NCBI GenBank assembly: GCA_001790815.1
Contig: MGDU01000018.1
Location: 788 to 64,787, forward strand
DNA: 64,000 nucleotides
DNA from: Candidatus Uhrbacteria bacterium RIFCSPHIGHO2_02_FULL_46_47
GTDB taxonomy: Bacteria > Patescibacteriota > Patescibacteriia > GWA2-47-26
Reading direction: 5' to 3'
Numbering within the stretch: the first letter of the stretch is position 1; each line of letters starts with the position of its first letter. The translations under genes and the position numbers were made by a program. The notes below the pieces were generated by a model, which made no database searches, had not been told where the DNA came from, and saw only the letters and a program-made list of their open reading frames with translations. Positions 17,884 through 30,500 of this stretch are shown piece after piece.

Positions 17884-18798
17884 CTAATTCATAATTCTCA
17901 CACTATTGAGCATCATTTCAAATGTTCTCTTATACGCGCCCTCCACTGCTGTTCCATATAAAACTACGTAGATAAAGCCTTGTCCCGCAAACACACCTCT
18001 TAGCGTCGCGCCCTCTTTTGCGAAAATACCCGGCAGTCCGGCTTTATTGGTTGTCCAATCGGAAATTTCCGCGCTTTGAAAATTGGAAGCGGCATAAGCG
18101 CGAGCAGTGGTATTTTCCGGATTGTCAATAACGCTTACCAAAATAGATTCGCCCGTGGCGCTTTGAAAGATAACTTCACGGGAAGCTATATCGCCTGCGA
18201 TTGTCCAGGGTTTTGGATACAGAATTTCATAACGGTACGTTGAACTTATAAATCGCACAGCAAACCCAGCGGCTTCTAGACGCTCCGGCGCAATGCCTGA
18301 CGGATTATACAGGTTAAACACTTCATGGCCGTCCAAAAAACCATCGTTGTCAGTATCCGGAACTGAGGATTGGCTTCCGTACAAATTTTCTTCTAAATCC
18401 GAAAGGCCATCGCTGTCAGTATCTTGCGTAGCAGTTGGTTGCGCGGGCAGGGTTGGCGGTGCAACAGGGGGCAAAGCCGGAGGAAGTTCAGGAATTTCAG
18501 GAGCGGGCGGTGGCACTTCAACCGCAGGAGGCGTGGGAGTTACTTCTGGGGCAGGAGTAGGCACAGCGGGCGCTTCCCGCAGGCCGCGCGTAAAATACCA
18601 GACCGATCCGCCAACCACTGCCACAAATAAAATACTAACCGCGCTTATAAAAAGCACTTTCGGCGATATTTTGCGCGGCGTTTTTGTTGGTTTTCCCGGA
18701 ATCAAACCAATCTCAGGCGCCTCTTTGTGGGGCACCTTCTTTGGCACTGCCCCGCCATAGTAGGCATCGGGAATAGTGTGGATGATAGTATCCGGCAT
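17884..18798 (-). CDS. membrane-anchored, Pro-rich secreted protein with thrombospondin type-3-like Ca-binding repeats (DSDGLSD…DTDNDGFLDGHE)
   Basis: N-terminal TM; D-x-D-x-D-G repeats. Confidence 0.65.
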   Translation of the reverse strand: MPDTIIHTIPDAYYGGAVPKKVPHKEAPEIGLIPGKPTKTPRKISPKVLFISAVSILFVAVVGGSVWYFTRGLREAPAVPTPAPEVTPTPPAVEVPPPAPEIPELPPALPPVAPPTLPAQPTATQDTDSDGLSDLEENLYGSQSSVPDTDNDGFLDGHEVFNLYNPSGIAPERLEAAGFAVRFISSTYRYEILYPKPWTIAGDIASREVIFQSATGESILVSVIDNPENTTARAYAASNFQSAEISDWTTNKAGLPGIFAKEGATLRGVFAGQGFIYVVLYGTAVEGAYKRTFEMMLNSVRIMN

Positions 18799-18890
18799 AA
18801 TGACGAATGACTAAACCAGAATAACGAATGAATTTCCAATGACTAAATACCAAAATAACTCGTCATTAGTCATTCAGATTTCGGATTTCT

Positions 18891-19529
18891 TTACTGTCCC
18901 GCAGGGACAGTAAAGAGCTTCCCTTCTCCTTTCGGATTATATCCATTTCTTACTTCTTGCCCGTCAAGAAAATTATCTCCATCAGTATCTGCGTCTAAAG
19001 GATCCGTCTGATAGGTATTTACCTCTTCCCCATCCAAAAGACCATCATTGTCTGAATCCGGATTTTGCGGGTCAGTTCCGCGTGAAGTTTCATCTTCATC
19101 TGAAAGCCCGTCATTATCCGAATCTGCCGGCGGAGCAGGCGGTACTTCTTCCACAATAGTTTCTTCAGTTGGCGCAGTAGTAGCTTCGGGCAAAGTAGGA
19201 ATTTCCGGAGGAACTGGCTGTGATACTTCTGCTTGAGGCGGCGCTGGCGGCGCAGCACTGCGGCGCGCAAAACGAAGCACTGCCACTGCTATTCCGGCAA
19301 CAACAAGTATGCCAAGCACAATACCGCCAATTAAAATTGTTTTGCGCGAAGCAATAAGCGGCTGTTTTACTTCTGCCGGTGTTCCCTCACCCTCCCCGCG
19401 CCCTTTGGGAGAGGGTGCTCCGCCCGCAGGAGGAGCGGGTGAGGGAGCTGGCTCCACTTTTTCAAAAATATCTTCTGGCGCAGGGCCTGTGGGTAAATTA
19501 GGAGGCGTTTGTTCTTCAAACATTGGCAT
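18891..19529 (-). CDS. membrane-anchored protein with TSP3-like repeats and an in-frame GEGEG insertion
   Basis: DSDNDGLSDEDE…DSDNDGLLDGEE…DTDGDNFLDGQE. Confidence 0.65.
   Translation of the reverse strand: MPMFEEQTPPNLPTGPAPEDIFEKVEPAPSPAPPAGGAPSPKGRGEGEGTPAEVKQPLIASRKTILIGGIVLGILVVAGIAVAVLRFARRSAAPPAPPQAEVSQPVPPEIPTLPEATTAPTEETIVEEVPPAPPADSDNDGLSDEDETSRGTDPQNPDSDNDGLLDGEEVNTYQTDPLDADTDGDNFLDGQEVRNGYNPKGEGKLFTVPAGQ
19403..19465. repeat. GEGEG element copy inside the TSP3-repeat gene
   Basis: ccctcaccctccccgcgccctttgggagagggtgctccgcccgcaggaggagcgggtgaggg. Confidence 0.8.
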
Positions 19530-19697
19530 AAAGGTTATGAGTTATGAGTTATTGGTTATTAGCCATGTGTATAACAAAGTATACCATATTTATTGATATT
19601 GACACAATGTAAAATCGGCGCTATGGTGTAAAAGTGGTTCGGAAACCAAATCCCCCACCAGCCTAATGGCTTTCCTCTCCCTTAGGGAGGGGGTAGG

Positions 19698-21071
19698 GTG
19701 AGGGTCAACAAGGAGGAAGAGATGAAGACGTTCCTTTTCACGCTAGTGCTGGCATTCACGCTTGGCCTGACCATGTTCTCCTGCGGAAGCGGGGGCGGCA
19801 ACGGTAACGAAGGCGAGTCCGAAGCAGAAGCCGAAGCGGAAGGCGAAGAGGCCGAGGCTGAGTCTGAGTCCGAATCCGAGTGCGAACCTGAATCCTGCGA
19901 CGACGGCGTGGACTGCACAGATGATACCCTTGACGAAAAGGTGTGTGCCTGCGCATTCCAACCTCTCCACGGCCGTTGCGATCTCGGCATGATCTGCGAT
20001 CCTGCGGAAGGCGGCTGTGTCAGCCCGCCTCCCTGCGCCGTGGCGAGCGACTGTCCGGATCGCGATGGCGCTTGTTTGCAGGAATCCTGCAACACAGCCA
20101 CGGCGACCTGCGCATACTTGCCGCTGGACAGTGACGAGGACGGCCATTCGCCCCAAATCTGCACCTCGGTTGGCGGCGACGACTGCTACGATGATGCCAG
20201 CGAGATCTACCCCGGCGCTCCGGAGTTCTGCGACGGGCTGGACAACGACTGCGATGGAGAGGTGGACAGCTTCAGCCGTTCCTGCGGCTCCGACACCGGC
20301 GAGTGCGTTGCCGGGGAGCAGACCTGCGCAGACGGCGAGTGGTCGCAGTGCGATGATGTCGGCCCGGCCACCGAAGTCTGTGATGGGTTGGACAACGACT
20401 GCGATGGAGAAGTGGATGAGTTTCTCATCAACGATTGCAACGAATGCGGGCCGCTTCCGGAAGAAGTCTGCGACGGGGAGGACAATGATTGCGATGGAAC
20501 AACTGATGAAGGCCTGTTGAACGCGTGTGGGCAGTGCGGGCCTCTTCCGGAAGAAGTCTGCGACGGGGAGGACAATGACTGTGATGGAGAAGTAGACAAT
20601 GGTCTTCCAGAAATTGCTTGCGATGGGGAAGACGGCGATGAGTGTGAGGAAGGGTTTTGGCAGTGCGAAGATGGTGTGAGTTTCTGTGATGACCAAACCG
20701 GAAATACAATCGAATGGTGCAACAATAGTGTAGACAACGATTGTGATGGAGAAGTAGACGAGGGATGCGGTGATGCGTGTATCATGCCGCCATCCGCGTG
20801 TCCTTATGGCGGTTGGTGCGTCCCGGAGCCCGGGTGCCCCTACTGCGTCTGGACCTGCGCTACAGTTTCTGACTGTCCCGGAGGCGCCGCCTGCTATACT
20901 TGCGATTACTTTGGTGACGGGCTTTACCTCTGCAATCCCAAGTGGGACCCGGAGGCGAGTTGTCCCGCCGGTGAGATCGGGTACCCGCTTGGCGCGAGTT
21001 CGGAGTGCGATGGCGGCTTTGATCTATCCTTTTCAAGTGCACCTCTATGCACCATTGAGTGCACTCCGTAA
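19698..21071 (+). CDS. secreted/lipoprotein-like Cys-rich protein with MopE-type 'putative metal-binding motif' repeats (CDGxDNDCDGxxDE); GC-rich with a strong SD
   Basis: Signal peptide; at least 6 CDG.DNDCDG repeats; SD aaggagga. Confidence 0.75.
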   Translation: MRVNKEEEMKTFLFTLVLAFTLGLTMFSCGSGGGNGNEGESEAEAEAEGEEAEAESESESECEPESCDDGVDCTDDTLDEKVCACAFQPLHGRCDLGMICDPAEGGCVSPPPCAVASDCPDRDGACLQESCNTATATCAYLPLDSDEDGHSPQICTSVGGDDCYDDASEIYPGAPEFCDGLDNDCDGEVDSFSRSCGSDTGECVAGEQTCADGEWSQCDDVGPATEVCDGLDNDCDGEVDEFLINDCNECGPLPEEVCDGEDNDCDGTTDEGLLNACGQCGPLPEEVCDGEDNDCDGEVDNGLPEIACDGEDGDECEEGFWQCEDGVSFCDDQTGNTIEWCNNSVDNDCDGEVDEGCGDACIMPPSACPYGGWCVPEPGCPYCVWTCATVSDCPGGAACYTCDYFGDGLYLCNPKWDPEASCPAGEIGYPLGASSECDGGFDLSFSSAPLCTIECTP

Positions 21072-21096
21072 ATTAGAAGAAAATACAACGGCCGAG

Positions 21097-21140
21097 TCTG
21101 CCCCGCGCAGGCCCGGCCTCTTTTAATTGCCACGGATGAA
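21097..21140 (+). terminator. GC-rich hairpin followed by tctttta (terminator candidate for the MopE-like gene)
   Basis: ggccgagtctgccccgcgcaggcccggcc…tctttta. Confidence 0.4.
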
Positions 21141-21245
21141 CCCGCTCTTATTTTCACCCTCATCTAGCATTGCAAAACTTGACGTATTATACTCGCCACG
21201 CTCGTGAAGCACTTCAACTCGGAACAAATACAAGCAAGCTTGTGC

Positions 21246-21312
21246 TTGATTCCTCGTTTTGTGCTATAATATCTATGCGGTCAAAAGTATACGATCGTAT
21301 ACTTTTGACCGC
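21246..21312 (+). promoter_or_regulatory. extended -10 promoter (TGcTATAAT) immediately followed by a perfect 36-bp palindrome GCGGTCAAAAGTATACGATCGTATACTTTTGACCGC (21277..21312)
   Basis: Read directly; no downstream plus-strand CDS. Confidence 0.4.
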
Positions 21313-21440
21313 AGTTGATTAATAACGCAGCTAAAGTGATTTTTTCCTAGTTACTGAAGCGGCGCAAATTTATAGAAACAAATTACAAAACTCACTACCC
21401 GCCTAGATGCGGGAATTACCGCATACCGCGCAAACAATAC

Positions 21441-21478
21441 TACGGTCAAAAACCTACGATCGTATAGAATTGACCGCA
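21441..21478. repeat. degenerate second copy of the 36-bp palindrome (ctacggtcaaaaacctacgatcgtatagaattgaccgc)
   Basis: Read directly. Confidence 0.5.
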
Positions 21479-21575
21479 ACCAAAGTGCGGGGTAATGGTA
21501 AGCGAGTCACTTATTTAAAAAGGGAAGAAAAAGAAACCGCGGCCTATTTTAATTGACAAAATAATTTTGACATCA

Positions 21576-24500
21576 TTAAGGAGTTACATTAATCTTATAC
21601 GTTACTGAGCCGGCATCATCTAGTCCCTTATAAATTGTTCCATTGGAATCAGAGCACACAGCTGTTTTAGAACCGGTTTCAACTGCATCGGCTTTTCGTG
21701 CCTCGTCATGTAAAGTTCCAGTATGTACATTATTTGCTGCTGTTCCAGTTTGTGTTGATAAAGAACTACCAGAGGAACGGTGTAAAATCCAATTAGGTGA
21801 AACAAAACTTATATTTGAACTTTTTTGAAATCTATATGTTCCTGAATGATCACCATTGGGGGAATGCTGGTGAGGTATAGAAACAACCAATCCTCCTGCA
21901 AGCGTGGTAGTATGCGTATGAATAAAACCATCACTATGATGGAAAAGAATTTCAAGATCATACTGTCCAGGTAATAAAGAAGTAACACTGGTCTGTTTTG
22001 CATTTCCGCCATATGCAAAATCAATTAGCTGATCATCAAGATATACACAGAAGGTATCATTTGAATCACTATAGTCACTTACCTGTAAAGTTACCGCCAC
22101 ACAGTCAGTTGCCGAATTACAATCTTCATCAACCGCATTGTTGCATAGCTCAGTTGCATCAGGATTTACCTTGGCATTGTTATCATTGCAATCCGTTGAA
22201 GCAGGATAGTTGTCATTGTCTTGATCATTGTCACAGGTATCAGAAACACGATCCCCTGCGTATTGCCCACTTGAAAGATTAGTGACTGCAGATGTTGGTT
22301 GTGATTTATAACTAACAGAGCCTTGTAAGATATTTTCCCTATCAAAATTATTTTCCGTACAAGTGCCTCCAGTACAAACCGTACTGGGTTCCGTGCAATT
22401 TGCTGTAGGATTATTACCGCCACTACACTGCTTTAATTTATTTTGGCAAAACGATCCGCCGCGGCATGCTTGCGTACAATTATTGGCGGTACAAGTCGGC
22501 GGCCCCGGCCGCAGGCGAACTTGGTCTACATGAATATCATCATCATAGTTTTCCACACGAATACGCAACCACCCATCATAAGCACGATTAGGACCAGCAT
22601 CATAAGCCGCGGTAAGCTCAATATATTGCCAAGTATTGGGATCGTGGTCTAATTGGAAATAGGAGTTTGGCGAGGAGTCTGGCGGATATTTATATTCCGT
22701 ATCATTTGGAGCGCCTTCCCGATCCATAATTAATCTCACCCCTTGCGATCCGGTAGTTTGATCAGTATTGACCCAAGCAGATGCGACATACGTTTTTCCA
22801 TCAGTATCAGGAAATCGATATCGAACTTCGCCTGCATTTGCAGATGGATCAATTCGCATTGTGTAAGTACTGTTGTATCCTGGAGTATGGCGTACAGCAA
22901 CTGCATTGCCCTCTACCCATGCATCAACATCAGCAACGGTAGCAAAATTCCCAAAATACTCATTTGTGCCAACTGTTCCTTTGCATACATATTTGGGCGC
23001 GCCGACAATGCCAGCGGTATAACTCAACCCTTGCGTGCCTTCGCACTGTTCAGAGGGCGGTTCATAAATTGTGTTGCCGCAAAAACCGCCGGTGCGCGTA
23101 ATAGCATTGCATTGGTTGTCGCAATAGGTACAGTTTCCTCCATATTGCGGTGTGCAAGGAACGCCGTTTTGCGCGCCTAAATCACAATCTTCAGGATCTT
23201 GGCAAACTCCACCGGTTCCGCATTGTTCGTTAGTCGTGCATGGTCTGCCTTTTTGCGCGTCAGTTCCCGTGGTACAAACTTTGATTTGATTCTTGCCATC
23301 ACCACACTGCGCGCGCGTGCAATTGTTAAGACATCCGTCTTCGTCGCCGTCCGGAGTGCTGTTATTATTCGCATCCGCGGTATTTTGCTGCCCATCATCA
23401 CACTGCTCCGTGCCATTTGTTGTTCCGTCGCCACAGCGCTCGCCGGTTTGCACACACGAGGAAGACCAACCTCCCGAAGCTCCCCAAGTGCATCCGCTTG
23501 TACAAGTACGTTCAAACGCTGTGCTATATCCTCCGATAAAGGTTGGTGCCGAGGTTGTGCTTACTGAAATATCATATTGAATGTAGCCGGGGTCTGTGGA
23601 ATGAGTCCGCGCGCACCATGCAGTTGTACCATTATCACCATTAGGCAATTGGCAACCATTTGTAGCGCTGCGTCCTGTGCATGTTTCTCCTGCTAAAGGA
23701 CAATCCGCATCGCGTGCACAGAGCGTTGTACTTATAGAACAATGTCCAAAAAGTATCGTTCCCACCGGAAGCGCTTGGGGCATATGCAAACGGCCAACTG
23801 TGTAATCATCTGCAGTACCAGCAGCAGGACCATATAGAGAGCTGCCACCTGTTGCTCCGGCAGAAGTGTGTATGATTGGCGTCCTTCTGAAACTTACTCC
23901 TGATCCCCAAACAAGCTGATAATGACCTTGATTATATCCGTTTTTATATTTTATTATTACGGAGTGAGTTCCGAGTGGCAGAGTGAATGTTTTGGGTTCA
24001 TCTTGATACCCGGCAGTGCCAATACCAATACTGGATCCATCCAAAAATATTTCAAAAGTATCCAAGGCCACATCCTCTTCTGGTTGTTTTTGTTGAATCG
24101 TCAAAGTTGTAGTTAATCCTCCAAGCGTGCCTGCAGGTCCGCAAATTGCGCAGGTTTGTCCGGGGTCGCACTGCGCATTGCTTGTGCAGGGCGTTGCAGT
24201 AAGAGCTCCGCTGGAAACAATTCTACACCTGCCTGCTGAGCGGCCAGTATTGCCTAGTTCGCACTGCTCAGTGCCGTTCACGAAAGTATCTCCGCAGTGT
24301 TGCGCAGGGCCGCCGCAATCAAATTTGCAACAGCCATAATCTCCATTTACGCAGGCAGTTGATGGTGCAGCCGCTGTTCCGGCAGTTGAAAAGGTTTCGG
24401 TTGCAAAGTTATAAGTTTGCCGATCACAAACCTCTGCTCCGGTTTTAATGCCATCTCCGCAGTGCGCGGCAAGGCCTGTACAGGTCGCGTTGCACTTTCC

Positions 24501-27500
24501 ATAATTTCCGTTCAATAATCCATCGTCGCAGACTTCATGTTCTCCTGAATCATTAGTATCACCGTCATTATTCAAATCAATATCTTCACGAAGGCCATTG
24601 CCGCAAAAAGTACCGCCTGGAGAGCAATCCGCCGCATCAACCGTACCGCCAGGCCAATCATTCCAATTAGAACAATCACTCTTGCACTCTCGCCGCGCCG
24701 TGCAAGAAGTTAATTTTTGACAAAGGCCTTGCGAGTTACCATCGCCGTCAAGCGGGCAAGGTGTATTTTCCGCAAGTGTTGGGCAAGTTACAGATGGATT
24801 GCCGGTACAGCGTTTTTCGCCTCCAGGAGCAAAATTTACCACCGCAGTATTTTCAGTTCCTAATTCACAAATCTCTGGAGGTTCAATAATAAGATTTCCG
24901 CTTTCTGGAAGTTCAATAATACGATTTCCGCATACCGCAGTCGCATTGCTCCAAGTAGTTCCCGCGGCCTCAACTTCGCATCCGCCGCTGGTATCAACTT
25001 CTTGCTCGCCTGTTGAAGGATCCCAACCATAAACATCCCAAGCCATAGTTTCATTCTCCACCTTTTCCACAAGCTCAAACGCGGAGGATAATTTATAGCC
25101 AACCCCGCCCAAGGATTGATATTGATAAATATGGCTTCCTTTTGGACAAATATACTTTTGCATTTGCTCATTCCAGCAAGTTGCCGGGTTATATGTTCCT
25201 TTCTCTGTCGGGCCTGAAACACATGGCGCGCCAAACCGATCTATCGGATCTTGCGGCAAAGGCGCACCAAGAGCGGAGCCAAACGTAGCATTCCAAGAAG
25301 GCCATTTTGAAGTGGAAAGCGAACGGATAAAGGTGCCGGCTTCTAAAGTGGGATAGCGGCCGGTGCGCGCCTTATATCCGGCAAGGGCGGCCTGCATTGC
25401 GGTTACCTGTTGTATGCGGATAATATCGCGGGCAAGTTTTTCTCTGTCGGAGCGGCACACTACGGTTTCACCGGTTGCGCAATCAAGATCCTTAACGCAT
25501 GATTTTTGCACGCATAAACCATCCACACCATCTGTTTCGCAATCATCATCATTATTGTCCTCGCAATCCTGAGTTGGATTATTGGCGCAGAAATTTTTCT
25601 CGCAGGTTTTCAGATTTTCAAGATTTACGTTGAATTTAAGATTTTCAATCAACTCATCAAACACTACTTTAAGATTTGCTGGCGCGCCTTCAGAAAGAGA
25701 GATCAAATACACATTATCAAATACCTTCTTTGTCGGAGGGCTTGTTGTTGTATCAGTTGTGGCATTTGTCGCGGCAATGTAAATAGTATTGCCTTCCTGA
25801 AGCGCTTGATAGCCGTCAATGGGCGCCGGCGTTGGCGAAGGCGTACCGCCAAAACCCATGCGGTTGTACCAAGCAGCTAAGGGCAAACGCTCCGGATTGG
25901 AAAGCACGCGTATACCAATGGCATCATCTTTAACCCGTCCGCGGCGCAAAGTTACTTTATGAATTTTCAGATTCGGATCCCAAATAGAACCTTCAGCATA
26001 AGTTGTCCCGTCAACGATAAGCTGAGCGCTTGGTAATTTATCTTCATTAGTCCAAGTTTCATCTTCATTGGTCCAAGTAAGTTTGACGGCGTGATCGCCT
26101 TTGGAAACGCCGCGCAAAATTAAACGACCGTCGTTACGCTTGGTTTCAGATCCGGCTTGATTAACAACAAAACCTTTAACAGCGCCATCGAGGCTAATTT
26201 GAATACGGTGATAGTATGCGCCAGTCAGTTCTTTAACATCATCGGACCGATTGCGAAGCGCGGCTCGCACAGCATCAGGAATATTCTTTGCCTCCAGCAC
26301 CGCGGCAAGATTGGAAAGATCATCATCTTTAGGATCATTATTATGATCGTAATTGGAAGTTTCAACCGCGATTTCATAATCGCCCGGCTCAGGGAAATTA
26401 AATGTATAGTCAGGAAACGAACCATTGTTCTCTCTTATGTCATTAGCTGGTTGACGCACGCCATTGGGCACAGAAACACCTTGAGTAAATGATTTGGCAG
26501 TAAGCAAGATTTCCTTAAGCGTCTGCGGCGCTGGATTATCATGCGAGCTTGCAATATAATAAGCATTTTTTGGTTTTGGGAAAAGTCCGGTAATAAGCGG
26601 GATGAGCACTGGCGGCGGATAAGAAAGCTCAGGCAAAAGCGTTGCGCCATCGCGGCAATAGTGCGTTCTAAAATTCAACGGCCGCTCAGTCCCTAAAATA
26701 TGCGCGTCTATGACGGGTGCTGTACCATACTCCTCATTATCAATCAAATAATACGTGGTTGTCGCATCAGCCGGCCACGGGTTGTCACAGCGGAATAAAC
26801 TAAATTCCGCAAAACCCACGCGCGTTTGTCCGGCTTGTTCGCCGCAATCCTGATCAGTTACGCAGGTACGACTGCTATTGTTGGCGCACTTCAGCGCGCC
26901 TGAAATTTCACGGCAAATCCCCGGTTGAATAATGGATTCTGGACGCACAAAATCTTCGGTAATCGTGGCGGTGGCATTAACTTGCGCTGTGCCGTCTTTA
27001 GTGCCGGCTGTTACGGTTTGTTCAGGAAGCGTTACTGGACTAAGAGGATTTGTTGCGGAACAACCAGTTGTGGCCCCATACGGTTTTCCTCCACACCTCT
27101 GTTCAGTTCTATTTGTTGCGGTTACGGTTTCCAGCTCAGAGGATCCCCAAGACCAAGCCCAGCTATAACCCGGCACCGGATAAATCGGTTGTCGTTCGTG
27201 ACTTTGTGTAGCAGTCCTTGTGGCAGAAGTATAAGCAGTTGCCTCAACATCCGCGGTCTGCGCTGTTGCGGTAAGGGCCGCAGTATCCGGCGGTACCACG
27301 ATTACCTCCACCTCATCAAGGGTGCAAATATCCTTGCCGGTTGTAAATTCCCAGCTCATGTCCAGACCAAAGGCCCCGCCATTAAATCCGACCCCAGCTT
27401 GGGAGCGCAGGCCGCCTTTTACCACTTCCCCGGTTGCGGTAAATTTATCGCCGGCAATGCCAACGCGATATGTTACAGGGTCGTCTTTATCGCCAAGCAT

Positions 27501-30500
27501 TTTTGAGGGCTGTAAAATAACCGCTTGTCCGTTTTGCGCCGCCGTAGTCGTAAGCTCAATGTCAGATTCAACACACCAAACCGGATTTTGCGCGCGCGCA
27601 GATGGCGTTAAACGCTTGAATAATTCCACAATCCAGCGCCAAGCGCGCGCGAAAATATGGGTTGACTTTGCTTGCGTGATAACAACTTTGCGCAATTCCA
27701 CCTGATCAAAAAGCGCTTCGGTTTCTCCGCCAACAATGGCGACAAAAACCACGTATTCTCCGGCCTCAACTGTGGTAAAAGTTCCGCTGACATTTACCCA
27801 GCCGGATGTTTGTGTCAAAGGTCCGCGCGCAAATCTCAAGTAGGGATCCGCGCCGGTTCTTTCTTTATATAATCCAATTCCAATCGGGCTTTCCGTAACT
27901 GTTCCCATGCTGATTACGCGCACTTTTGCGGAAAGAGTGTAGGAGGTATTGGCCGGAAGAGTTACGGTTTGCGTGGCAGTTACTGATGGGCCGTCAGGAG
28001 GCGCTTTATCCTGTTCAATGGCGAGCACGTCGGTTTCCACCATTTCTGCACTTATTGCGTAAGTGCCGGCAATTTGATCAGCAGAAGACAGTTCACGGCG
28101 AGAAATATTATCGGCGGCATTGGCAGTTTGGTCTTTCTCCAGTGTCCACGCCAGAGGCGTTTCTTGCTCAAAACTACTATTGCGCAAAATGTTTGGAGAG
28201 ATAATTTGCCCGTTGTCGCGAACTTCAGCCGTGCCTGCCGGACATTTATCCTCATATTGCCGCGCTAAAATGAAATTACCTGATAAGCTTTCTTGATCCA
28301 TGGGCTGGCTAAAAGTGGCGCGAATAAGCGCGTTGCGGCACACTTCGCCAATGGTCGGCGTGCGCGCGGTAACCGTCGGACGATTGTAACAGCAATTGTC
28401 GCTTCCGCGACCGATTGTTGGACTGGCAGAGCCATTTGGCACTGGACAATCTTTATCAGTTTTTGCCACGCAATAAACCGTAAGCGGAGAAGCGCCGGTT
28501 TTTCCACCCGCGGTTGCTTGCACATCAGTGGTGGACCAGGGATTGGTTGGCGCGCAAATGCCAAAACCTGCGGTGGTGCAGTTAGTATTTGAAGTGCATG
28601 ATACCAATTGACCTCCCACAGTTTCTTGAAAATCCGGCGTGGTATCGGAGCGGCAGAATTTTTTAATTCCTTCCGCGCGCGCTTGCTGAAATGGATCGCG
28701 GCGCGGCGGAGTTTCAGGTAAGGTTGCCGGCGACACTGGTCCGGCTTCTGCTTTCGTTCCTTCATTCAAACACGCGCTGGAACAGCTATCGCCAGATGCG
28801 GCATTGCCATCATCGCAGTCTTCTCCCTTGTCAAGTTTTCCATTGCCGCAAGTGCGGGGCGATCCTTCATGCAAACAGTCTGCGGAACAGCCGTCGCCAA
28901 CATTTCCTATTGCGCATGGTTGTCTTACAGGATGACCTCCGCAATCTTTGCTGGCCTCATCACATTCCTCGCCGGTTTCAATAATTCCATTCCCGCATTT
29001 CGGTTGCGGTAAAGTCCCGCGCAAAAGACAAGTTTCCGGATTGCAAAAATATTTGCGTATGCCGGTTGTTTCGTTTGGATCGCATTCTTCTCCGCCAAGT
29101 TCCGGATTATTTTGCGGATGATCAACTGTGCCATTTCCGCACTGCCCAGTTGCGCGGCTTGTGCCTTCATTTAAACAAATCGGAGAACATCCATCACTGG
29201 CGAGATTATTGCCATCATCACAATCTTCGCCGGATTCCACAATTTCATTGCCGCAACAATTAGTTGTTGCTCCAAGCGGACATGGCGTACTGCCGCGATG
29301 CAAACAATTGTTAGAACACCAAGGCGTTTCATACTCGAGGGAGGTTTTTTCACATTCCTCTACAACATCAGGATCGTCACCTTCTCCACAGGCAAACTCA
29401 AAATCTGACCCTTCATTGAGACAAAACTCGTCACAACCATCGTCGGCAAAGGTATTTCCATCATCGCAATCTTCTCCTTGCTCGGAAATTCCATCACCGC
29501 AAGAAGGAATAGTATTGACTCCGGGCTGGTTTACAATTGTGGCAATAACCTGATCTTGCGTGTCCCAGCTCCAATTATAAATAAACTGATTTAATTTTTG
29601 TCCTTGCGGAGAGCAAGAATCCGGCGGGCCATAGGGCTGGGAACTGTACGGCTGACGCGCGCCAATCACATATAAAGAGGCCTGCGCCGGATTTACTTCA
29701 ACGCGGTCAACGCCGCAAGGCAAATCTTTAGTTTTGAAAGTCCAGGAAAAGGTATTGCACCGCTCGTCTACCGGAGCGCTTGGCAAAAGACTGCATCGTA
29801 CACCCTCTTCGTGCGGAGCGCCTGACACTTCCCAGTTATATATAAAATTCAAATTGCTTAAAGTTTTTCCAAGCGCGCCGCCGCTGGCCAGGCCATGCAG
29901 GCCTTCCACTTGTACAGTTGTTGCCGGATTGTCCGCGCCGCGCAAAAGTACGCGATAATTAGTATTGGGGTTAAGCATGCCTGCATCTATAGACACTGCG
30001 TTGGTATTTGTATCCCAAGTTAATATCAGATCATTGCTATTAACCGACTCCGCCGGGCGGCCTTCATTTTTGCATACGTTGGAACAACCGTCGCCATTTG
30101 CAACATTTTTATCATCACAATCTTCGCCATTGTCCAGCGCGCCATTGCCGCAAACAGGCGCCGCAGTGCCTTCATTTGCGCATATTGATGAACAACCATC
30201 ATTATTGGTCGTGTTGCGGTCATCGCAATCCTCCCCGATTTCCGGCTTTCCGCCATTGCCACAGGTTGCGCTGGGCCGGCCTTCATTTAAACATTTGCTG
30301 GAACAGCCGTCGCCGGAAACTGTGTTGCCATCGTCACAGTCCTCGCCGGCGTCAGCCGTGCCGCCATTGCCACAGGCCGGAATCGTACCGGGTGATGATC
30401 CTTCATTGCGGCATGCTCCATCACAGCCGTCCCCCGGCTGAAGATTTCCATCATCACAATCTTCGCCAATTTCAATTTTACGATTGCCGCACCCTTGCCC

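Noticed and set aside
19743-20785. Minus-strand ORFs 19743..20696 (317 aa) and 20207..20785 (192 aa)
   Set aside because: They are antisense to the MopE-like Cys-repeat gene. The plus-strand gene has a signal peptide, an SD and a coherent repeat structure; these are high-GC repeat artefacts.
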